Source: Vibrio vulnificus CMCP6 (GTDB lineage: Bacteria > Pseudomonadota > Gammaproteobacteria > Enterobacterales > Vibrionaceae). Taken from it: a stretch of 32,000 bases of DNA. The notes beneath the pieces are model-generated. The model was given only the letters and a program-made list of their open reading frames with translations, had not been told where the DNA came from and ran no database searches. The translations under genes were made by a program, and so were the position numbers. The number at the start of each line of letters is the position of its first letter. Position 1 is the first letter of the stretch. Positions 1 through 7,900 of this stretch are shown piece by piece. The stretch covers positions 450,001-482,000 of the forward strand of contig NC_004460.2 in NCBI RefSeq assembly GCF_000039765.1, in the 5' to 3' direction.

Positions 1-326
1 GCGTAAAACATTGGCTGTTGCGGCTGGGTATCGTTCACGCCGGCTTTTATTGCAGGGGAGTCCTCTTTGGCACATAAACCATGCGGGTCTACCCACATCA
101 CCGGATTGGGGGCATATTGATAATGGTTTATACCGCCTAAAAGCCCAATCGGGTCTGGCTGAATAAAGCGTCCTGTTCTTGGATCGTAGTAACGGGCAAG
201 GTTGTAGTGTAGCCCTGTTTCCGCATCGTGATATTGCCCTTGAAAACGGAGTGGGTTGCCAACGCTCTCCACCTCAATGTGTGCACGTCCGTATGTGTCG
301 TAACGTGCTTGCCAAACAACGGAGCC
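1..326 (-). pseudogene. Displaced Rhs core C-terminal segment (orphan Rhs-CT unit, continues beyond the left edge)
   Basis: Reverse strand reads continuously as SVVWQARYDTYGRAHIEVESVGNPLRFQGQYHDAETGLHYNLARYYDPRTGRFIQPDPIGLLGGINHYQYAPNPVMWVDPHGLCAKEDSPAIKAGVNDTQPQQPMFYA. It is nearly identical at nucleotide level to 5880..6205 of the full Rhs gene. I found no in-frame ATG upstream and a stop shortly before it. Confidence 0.85.
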
Positions 327-487
327 ATTGACAGTAACGCAGAGTACTCATCTCAAAAACTAACTATTTGGGGACTTTTGAGGTTGGATGACAAACGTTA
401 AAGCTAAGCCCGCCAACCGACTTAGCAGACTTTGCGGCATTCATGTTGTTTGAGAGTAGAAGTTATTAGATATTAACAAATAAGTCA

Positions 488-829
488 TTATTCGTTGTTC
501 AAGCTTTCGATTTCATCAGCAAGGGCTTGATCCCACTCGAAGTCAATATTGAAACTTCCTGAGGGGTCGAGGCTAAATGTAGCTCTGTTCCAATTGTTAT
601 CAGTTCCACTTGTTACTGCATGAAGCTCTTCAAATGCTTCAAATATTTCAAAAGGAACATCGAAATATTTTGGCTGTTCAGGTGATAAGGTTGGAATGTA
701 TTCACTTTGAAATTCGATAGAACCCTCTGTAAGTTCTGCTCGAATTATTGAGATTGACCAATCATCATCTATAGAATTGACAATTGATTGAGCTATGGTT
801 AAGTACAAATTTTCTACGCTATTTTCCAT
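488..829 (-). CDS. Candidate immunity protein, YezG/DUF600-like
   Basis: 113-aa acidic protein (MENSVENLYLTIAQSIVNSIDDDWSISIIRAEL...WNRATFSLDPSGSFNIDFEWDQALADEIESL) resembling YezG-family proteins. It overlaps the 3' end of the upstream orphan nuclease CT. Confidence 0.75.
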   Translation of the reverse strand: MENSVENLYLTIAQSIVNSIDDDWSISIIRAELTEGSIEFQSEYIPTLSPEQPKYFDVPFEIFEAFEELHAVTSGTDNNWNRATFSLDPSGSFNIDFEWDQALADEIESLNNE

Positions 830-1718
830 TGGGCATATTCCTTAAAAAACGCTTCACTTTTTTACCATCAATTTCATATATTATTTCAAATGCAGTGGGC
901 CTTTTGCTTTCGCCTTTAAAAATCGAGTTTATCTCAACTTTAACTTCTTTAGGTGGGTTTCCACTAAGTGCTTCCGCCCATTTATTTTCCATCCGTTTCC
1001 AAGCACCTTTGTTTAAGTTGCCATTCATCGCTGCATAGTTTATTTGCTCACCAGGACCTTTAAAGATTGATGCGATAAGGTGACCGCCTTCATCATCAAC
1101 TAGGCCATCCTTAATACCATCTGTTTTCCCAGCTTTGCTTTGCTGATAAGTGTTTCTATCTACTTTGTTGAGTTCGAGTTTACCAGAAACGGATTTCACT
1201 CTGCCAAGTTCATCCGTTTTATATGAGTAAGAGCCCACTTTATACGTTGCGTTTGCTTCAAGTTTGCCATTGAGAGCCTTGTTCCATCCACCTTTGCTTC
1301 CTTGATCTAATTCAATTGTATGCGAAGTTGCCCCCGGCAACTCACTCCCTTTCGGTGCGTCCAGTTGTTTGGCAACTGATGTTAGGCTATCACCTCCCTT
1401 TGCTACTGTCTCCGTAGCTACATTTAGTGCTTTATTGCCATATTTTGCTGCTGTCACTCCCTGCCCAACGATTGGCAAGCCAGACAATAAAGACAAGCCA
1501 CTATTCAAAAAGTCGCCGCGCAGCGCATACAGCCCCGCATTAATTAAATCCGCTACAATGCCAATTCCAGGAGCCATACCGGCACCATCAAGCGCCAAGT
1601 GTATTGCCTCAAGTGCAGCACCTTTGTATTCATCTGGCGCTATGGCATGTAACTGATAAGTCGGGCTGGCTGTTTTCACCGCACTGGCGTAATTGCCTGA
1701 GCCCATCGCGTAAAACAT
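819..1718 (-). CDS. Orphan Rhs C-terminal toxin: Rhs linker + pretoxin-like region + DNA/RNA non-specific endonuclease domain
   Basis: 299 aa. It starts with MFYAMGSGNYASAVKTASPTYQLHAIAPD, the same linker as in the full Rhs protein. A Gly/Ala-rich pretoxin-like segment (GMAPGIGIVADLINAGLYALRGDFLNSGLSLLSGLP) follows, then a nuclease motif (RNTYQQSKAGKTDGIKDGLVDDEGGHLIASIFKGPGEQINYAAMNGNLNKGAWKRMENKW). Confidence 0.8.
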   Translation of the reverse strand: MFYAMGSGNYASAVKTASPTYQLHAIAPDEYKGAALEAIHLALDGAGMAPGIGIVADLINAGLYALRGDFLNSGLSLLSGLPIVGQGVTAAKYGNKALNVATETVAKGGDSLTSVAKQLDAPKGSELPGATSHTIELDQGSKGGWNKALNGKLEANATYKVGSYSYKTDELGRVKSVSGKLELNKVDRNTYQQSKAGKTDGIKDGLVDDEGGHLIASIFKGPGEQINYAAMNGNLNKGAWKRMENKWAEALSGNPPKEVKVEINSIFKGESKRPTAFEIIYEIDGKKVKRFLRNMPNGK

Positions 1719-1723
1719 TGGCT
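1633..1723 (-). repeat. 91-bp copy of the Rhs core-to-CT linker, also at 5805..5895
   Basis: Near-identical direct copy (tctggcgctatggcatgtaactgataagtcgggctggctgttttcacc[g/a]cactggcgtaattgcctgagcccatcgcgtaaaacat[t/c]ggct). The sequences diverge on both sides. Confidence 0.9.
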
Positions 1724-1753
1724 TTTACATCGCAGCTGACACAGAGATCACCT

Positions 1754-2038
1754 ATGCTGGACGCTTATAGCTTTTATGGACGAGACGATGACCTTAGTCG
1801 ACAAGGTTTCTTCAAACTGCCGGGTACTAAGATCGCCTCTTTGAGAAAGGAACCGTAGATAACGCAGGTGCAGCTTTCAGAGAACCTGGGGATTTCCCAG
1901 CAGTACATGCAGGCATTTGAAGCTGGCCGCAGGAAAGTACCTTCATCCAAACAGCTAAAGCAGGTGGAACAGATCAGTTATTTGCCGAAGGCGAAACAGA
2001 AATTTGTGATGGATATGCGGTATACGGTGATACTGTAA
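1754..2038 (+). pseudogene. Degenerate XRE-like helix-turn-helix regulator remnant
   Basis: One frame reads MLDAYSFYGRDDDLSRQGFFKLPGTKIASLRKEP*ITQVQLSENLGISQQYMQAFEAGRRKVPSSKQLKQVEQISYLPKAKQKFVMDMRYTVIL*. It has an HTH-like segment (QVQLSENLGISQQYMQAFEAGRRKVP) interrupted upstream by an in-frame TAG at 1856..1858. Confidence 0.55.
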
Positions 2039-2115
2039 CAGATGTGGAAAGCCCCACCACTGGATTCAAACGCTGGGGCTTAGGATTGTATTAAAATAAA
2101 GACAGGTTATCTATT

Positions 2116-2595
2116 TTATCGTTCAACTTTCAACAAGTAATCGTATTCACCAAAATTAGGATATTTATCATAATTCCCACTTACGTCTGTCGAAGAGTTC
2201 ACTTCTGCGAGACTTTGCGGGTTAAATGATTGTTTTCTTATTATGAGCTGACCGCTCTCATTAAAAATATACGAGTTACCCAACTTCACTTGATCCTTAT
2301 CACCGTCAAAATATCGATGTGTAGCCATTGATAAAAATAACTTTCCTAGCTCAACTTCTTTGAAATGATAGGACAGACTTTCCCTTAACAAGTCATCTAA
2401 AAAAGTAACGCCAACAAAGCGTGTACTCCCTGCTACATCAATAACAGCATAAGGCCGCTCACGATCATTCACCAATACAGTATATGTTCTGCATTCATCG
2501 TGCGCTTGCCTTGCTTGCTCTTCACTCCACATTTCAGTTGGACGCTTTTTCGACCAAAACCAAGACTTGCAATAAAAATAGTTAAATTTGTTCAT
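2116..2595 (-). CDS. Candidate orphan immunity protein
   Basis: 159-aa ORF starting 2 nt after the stop of a truncated CT-like reading frame (2598..2701), inside the Rhs cassette region. No family recognised. Confidence 0.5.
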   Translation of the reverse strand: MNKFNYFYCKSWFWSKKRPTEMWSEEQARQAHDECRTYTVLVNDRERPYAVIDVAGSTRFVGVTFLDDLLRESLSYHFKEVELGKLFLSMATHRYFDGDKDQVKLGNSYIFNESGQLIIRKQSFNPQSLAEVNSSTDVSGNYDKYPNFGEYDYLLKVER

Positions 2596-2597
2596 AC

Positions 2598-2701
2598 TTA
2601 ATAAATCCTGCCATCTATATCCCTAATAACTACACCAGCATTATCTGCGGCGTCTATTGTGATTTGCGATATCGGGTTATTCTGAACTGGAACCTCAAGA
2701 A
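2598..2701 (-). pseudogene. C-terminal tail of a displaced Rhs toxin, truncated by the IS element
   Basis: Reverse frame reads LEVPVQNNPISQITIDAADNAGVVIRDIDGRIY* immediately before the 159-aa ORF start and immediately after the IS inverted repeat. Confidence 0.5.
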
Positions 2702-3753
2702 GGCTTTGTTGCGTAATTCAGTACAAAAGTAAAGCGACTTCATTTTGCGCTTTTTTTAGCCAATACGACAAGTTTTAGGCATACCTAACCCTGTAAGCTT
2801 GTTTAACGCTTTTATCATGGCGTAAGTCTCACCAACCTGAGCGTTGTAGTCTCTCAGACTTAATTTTCCACCTAGCAACTGCTTCACCCTATACATCGCT
2901 GTTTCTGACAGAGAACGCTTGTGGTAACCATACCTCTGTTTCCAGTGTTTATTTGAACCATACAATTTCTGGCAGGCCACACCAAGATTTCGGGGGTGAC
3001 CTCGCTCCCAGAATGCGGCTCCGTCTCGTGGAGGAATGAGTGCGACTGCTCGCTTTATACGGATAGCTTCGTAACAGGCCTTGGTGTCATAAGCACCGTC
3101 ACCTGATATTTCAACGATCTTTCTGCGTGTTTGCTTAAGTAGATTTGGCAGCACTTCAGCATCAGTCACGTTCGATAAACTCAATTCCGCAGCGATAATT
3201 TCGTGGGTATTCGTATCAACGGCAAGATGAAGCTTTCGCCAAACTCTACGCTTACCGTCTGTGCCATGCTTTTTGACTTTCCATTCCCCTTCGCCGTAAA
3301 CCTTGAGACCAGTAGCATCGATGGCCAAATGTCTTATCACACCATACGTTTGAGGTTTGAATGACACTTCAACCTGTTTAGCTCGGCGACTGATACAGAT
3401 GTAATGTGGACACTGCTATGGAACACGAGCAAGCAGAAATACGGAGTCAATGAATCCTTGCAGAGTTCGTAACGGCATTGAAAAGATGCTTCATCATCAA
3501 CGCAGTTGTGATCGCCAGGTCGCTAAAGAAACGAGGTCTTCCACGCTTTTTTTGTTTGCTTTGTTTCCACTCTCTTATCGCTTCTTCATCAATCCAGAAA
3601 ATGAGTGAACCACGGTTGATTAAGGCTTTGTTGTACTGTTTCCAGTTCGTTGTTTTGTAGCGAGGTTTCGGCATGAGACTAGGGGAATAAACTTACTTAA
3701 CCGATCAGATCGTAACCTTCTGATTTAGTTCCCTCGAATTACGCAACAAAGTC
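2702..3753 (-). mobile_element. IS5-family (IS903-like) insertion sequence, about 1052 bp, transposase disrupted
   Basis: Terminal inverted repeats GGCTTTGTTGCGTAATTC (from 2702) and GACTTTGTTGCGTAATTC (reverse strand from 3753), 17/18 matching. The transposase is split into ORFs 3447..3674 (MPKPRYKTTNWKQYNKALINRGSLIFW...) and 2756..3367 (SFKPQTYGVIRHLAIDATGLKVYGEGEWKVKKHG...). Confidence 0.9.
2756..3674 (-). pseudogene. IS5-family transposase pseudogene
   Basis: The N-terminal frame ends ...MMKHLF and shifts at about 3480 into ATGCCGTTACGAACTCTGCAAGGATTCATTGAC (MPLRTLQGFIDSVFLLARVP). An in-frame TAG at 3416..3418 then interrupts QCPHYICISRRAKQVEVSFKPQT. Confidence 0.85.
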
Positions 3754-3808
3754 AATTGGCCCCTTAATTACTTCAAGCAACGAACTCAAACTATTATTAT
3801 TGCTCATC

Positions 3809-4318
3809 TCACTTATATTGCTCACCCAGTTTTTTCAACAAGTCCAAAAAACCGAGATCATAAAGAAAATGGTAGCTAAACGAAATTCGTGTAGGCATAT
3901 AAGAGTTACCAACATCCAACGGACTTTGACGTGAGAGATTGACAAGATGATAACCTTGTGTCGCCGCTTGTACACAAAGCATTTCTCCGTCGACATCCTC
4001 ATCGGCACTGGTCATCGCTCCCGCATGTAAGCCGCCGGCCGCCGGCGGCTTGCGGAACTCCTCTAGCGCTTTGGGGAACCAGCTAAGAACCCTGAGAGGA
4101 AAGTCGAATTGTTTGCAATAATATTGATGCGTTTTTAAGTTCCTATACGCTGTCAAGATTGATAAATAATTATCTCGTTTCACAAGTACATATAAGTCTT
4201 CCGCCTCAGTAGTGTCCAATAGACGACCTATTTCAATGGCGCCCGTTGGCAACTGATCATGCTGAGTAATCGTTGGTAAAGCGGGTTGTACCGGGTATTT
4301 TTGTATGTCGTAGCTCAT
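3809..4318 (-). CDS. Candidate orphan immunity protein
   Basis: 169-aa ORF (MSYDIQKYPVQPALPTITQHDQ...). Its ATG overlaps (ATGA) the stop of an upstream 60-aa CT-tail-like frame, which is typical toxin/immunity coupling. It lies in the Rhs cassette region. Confidence 0.55.
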   Translation of the reverse strand: MSYDIQKYPVQPALPTITQHDQLPTGAIEIGRLLDTTEAEDLYVLVKRDNYLSILTAYRNLKTHQYYCKQFDFPLRVLSWFPKALEEFRKPPAAGGLHAGAMTSADEDVDGEMLCVQAATQGYHLVNLSRQSPLDVGNSYMPTRISFSYHFLYDLGFLDLLKKLGEQYK

Positions 4319-4497
4319 AACGGTTGAAGATCCTTAATAATGATGACAATAGCATCAGCGTCGTGTAATTCTTTTAAATTAACAGTCTTACGCTCAAAAT
4401 TCAGCGTTTCTACCGCGCCGAACTGCTTCGCACTATTAGGGTTAAGCTCTTTCGTCAAGCCGTTACCCACGTAATCTACCTTTTTATAGCAGTTCCT
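4315..4497 (-). pseudogene. C-terminal tail of a displaced Rhs toxin (60 aa, no start codon)
   Basis: Open reverse frame RNCYKKVDYVGNGLTKELNPNSAKQFGAVETLNFERKTVNLKELHDADAIVIIIKDLQPL*. Its stop overlaps the next gene's ATG, and its 5' end abuts and overlaps the end of the 142-aa immunity ORF. Confidence 0.5.
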
Positions 4498-4904
4498 TTA
4501 ATGATGATCTCCTCATCTATTTGCTCAATTGATTCTAAAGAGTCGACGACATAACTAGCTACGTCATTATCTTCATCAAAAACAATACCAAGAATATCGA
4601 ACTTATGGTAAGCATAAAGATAGTCATAGAGATATGAGCCCTCGATATCGATGAACTCCAGTAATGATGGATAATTTGTTGCTCCAGGATACGGAGGATC
4701 GAATTCACCAGTGATTTGGTCATCTTCTTTAAGATCTTCAACACCGTCATCGTACAAAGGGGTCAATTTTTCTAATAATTCGCTTTTAACTATTTTTATT
4801 TCGTAGGATAAAGTCTGTAAGCCTTGCCCTTTTCCAAAGCTTAACTGGCAAAAAGTCATCGCATTAGAATCTATGTTATTTTTATTTACTTTAAGCGAAA
4901 TCAT
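4476..4904 (-). CDS. Candidate cognate immunity protein of the Rhs nucleotidyltransferase-like CT
   Basis: 142-aa acidic ORF (MISLKVNKNNIDSNAMTFCQLSFGKG...) starting 2 nt downstream of the Rhs stop, on the same strand. Confidence 0.7.
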   Translation of the reverse strand: MISLKVNKNNIDSNAMTFCQLSFGKGQGLQTLSYEIKIVKSELLEKLTPLYDDGVEDLKEDDQITGEFDPPYPGATNYPSLLEFIDIEGSYLYDYLYAYHKFDILGIVFDEDNDVASYVVDSLESIEQIDEEIIIKGTAIKR

Positions 4905-4906
4905 TT

Positions 4907-7900
4907 TTAACCTCCTGGAGGTAAGATAATAATTTTTCCATCGGGAGCTATTGTTATTGACCCCGAAGGAGTATACGGCTGACCGGCTTTCAAGTCTCCC
5001 CCTGCTCTAATTCCGGCTCTTTGGAAAAACTGTTCTGGCGTTGTCATTGTTTCGATTGTTTGCGTACTTTTACCGGGAACAATCGTCAACTCTTCCATTT
5101 TTAAGAAATGGGGGTTGTCGGCTGTCGTTTTATTGATGTTTTTGATAATTCTTTGAGCTTGTTTCTCTGATAAACTACCAAAACCAACATCAATATCGCT
5201 ACCTTTACCGAAATCTCCTCTTATTCGACTTCCACCAAATACCACCGTTGAATCTCTTTTTAGCCCCTGTTCTAAAATCAGAGTAGCTTGTTCAGTTGTT
5301 AAATCAGGTACATGTTTTGATAAAAACGCAGACTGCTCTGTAATACCAGAAGTTCTTAATGTTGTTTGCTCAGGGAATGTATTAAATACCGATTTATCTG
5401 TCCAACGTTTGTCTGGAACTACCCCTTTCCCCACAGACTTCATAGCAACTCTACCGCCCCATGCGGTCATCACTATTTCTGGGGCTAACTGCACGAGTGT
5501 TGCCGCCAAGGGGGAACCTGTATGTTCTAGTGTTGCACTGCCAAGCCCTTCCATTGTATCTGCATAGGCTTCAACATATCCAGATACGTTGTTAATAATT
5601 TGATGTGCGCCCCGAGACTGCGGAACATAGCTATATTTCTCTTGAATCGATTGAATGAGCGCAGAAGATTGCTCTAAATCACCAAATGTGAGTTGCGCTA
5701 ACCCAGCTAAGCCAGCCACCGCGTCAACGGCTGTGTTGTAAGCACCTGCCGCCAGCATTTCTGTCGCACCCAACGCATAATCAATGCCGACTTGCTGAAC
5801 AGCGTCTGGCGCTATGGCATGTAACTGATAAGTCGGGCTGGCTGTTTTCACCACACTGGCGTAATTGCCTGAGCCCATCGCGTAAAACATCGGCTGTTGC
5901 GGCTGGGTATCGTTCACGCCAGCTTGTATTGCAGGAGAGCCCTCTTTGGCACATAAGCCATGCGGATCTACCCACATCACCGGATTGGGGGCATATTGAT
6001 AATGGTTTATGCCGCCTAACAGCCCAATCGGGTCTGGCTGAATAAAGCGCTCGGTTCTTGGGTCGTAGTAACGGGCAAGGTTGTAGTGTAGCCCTGTTTC
6101 CACATCGTGATATTGCCCTTGAAAACGGAGCGGGTTGCCAACGCTCTCCACCTCAATGTGCGCACGTCCGTATGTGTCGTAACGGGCTTGCCAAACAACC
6201 GAGCCTTGTTCATCCACCAGAGCCAAAGGTGTGCCAATTTGGTCACATTGGTAGAAGTAGCATTGCTCATCTTCCACTAGCATGATTGGCGTGTGACTAT
6301 TGGGCAAATAAAAATACCAACGGTACTTTCCGTTGTGATATTCACCAATTAACTGGCTCCCCTGCCAGATAAACTCGGTAGTGCCAGTTTCTGTCACTTT
6401 TCGACTACGACGCCCCAGCGCATCGTATTCAAAATGAGAAAGTTCCCCATCACTGTCGACTTGTACGAGCTGATTGAGTGCGTTGAAGCATCGATACTGC
6501 GCGCTCCCCTCGCCCTCTGCACAAATCTGATTGCCATGAGCGTCATACTGGAAGCGCCAACCGCTGTGTTCCACCAATCTGTCACCCATTAGTAGACAAT
6601 CCGCTTCACTTGGATTGCCAAAACTGTCGAATCGGTAGGTTTCTTCCTGATGCGCGGTTTTGGCGCGAGTGAGCTGACCTAGGCTGTCGTATTGGTAATG
6701 TGATGCACCCTGTACACTGTCGATAATAATGGCGAGCTGGTGAGCGGTATCATAATGGTATTTCCTGCTTCGGTTGTTCCACTGTTGTTGAGACAGTCGG
6801 CCAATACCATCAAACCGTTTCTGTTCTTGCTCTTGTCCATAGTAAACCGAGCAGATTCGTCCCATGGAATCATAGTCAAAATGCACACAAGGCGGCTTCT
6901 CACCCATTGAAATAGCCGCTAATTGGCCGTACGTGGTATACGCATAGTTCACTTGGCTGCCATCTGCTAGAAGCAACTGGCTAAGTTGCCCTGATGCGTT
7001 ATGGTGATAACCAATCCTGTGCTGCCCCTGAATTTGTTGAGATAGCTGACCACCAGAAGAGTATTGGTACTGAATAGTGCACGCTCGGTTGGTTGCCAAA
7101 CGCAGTTGCGACCCGTGACTAAACTGGTATCGGTTTTCTGACACGCCATGCGTCGCCCCCGCCTTGACCAGACAAAGATTGCCTTCAGCATCATAGGAAA
7201 AGACAACTTGACGTTCACAACTTTCTAAACGGGAGAGTCTTCCGGCTAAATCATAGTGATACTGAGTAGTGACACCATCAAAATTCTGCGTTTCAGTGAC
7301 ATAGTGGTCTGGCGACAGCGTAAACAGAAAATCACATGCATCGCTGCGAGAAATTCCAACGAGGTTCCTTTCTCCATCATAACGAAAAGCAAGCTCTCCA
7401 CCATCGGGGCGGATGATTGCATTCGGCTGTGCCAGCAAGCCCCACTCAATCGTGCTCGTTCCTGCTGGGGTAATAAGGTGTGTTACTCGGCCGCATTCGT
7501 CATACCGGTAACGCACTTCATGCTGTAAGTCATCCTCTTTACTGTAGGTAAAGGTTTTGGTCAGATGGCCATAGGTATCATGCTCAAATGCGGTCACCAT
7601 TCCGTTGGGAAATGCAATGCCATCGAGCCGATGTTCTTGGTTGTAACTGTAACGTAGCAATGTTTGATTGGCTTGATGAGCGATCATCTGATGGGCATCA
7701 TTCCACCACCATTGATGGCTTTCACCATCCGATGCTTTACGTTCGATCAGACGGCCAAACTTGTCATAACGACAATCCGTCCGTTTACCGCTTGAATCGC
7801 TCAAAGCCGTCAGTAAACCTAATATATTGTACTGGCGTTGCTCTAATGCGCCGTTTGGATAACGAATGGCCGTTTGCTGACCTAGTGCGTTGTATTGATA

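Noticed and set aside
137-328. 63-aa minus-strand ORF MAPLFGKHVTTHTDVHTLRW...
   Set aside because: It is the out-of-frame reading of the duplicated Rhs core end. The same artefact appears at 6016..6270. The true Rhs frame reads SVVWQARYDTYGRAHIEVES...
784-1038. 84-aa plus-strand ORF and the nearby plus-strand ORF 1369..1656
   Set aside because: Antisense to the orphan nuclease CT; no family resemblance.
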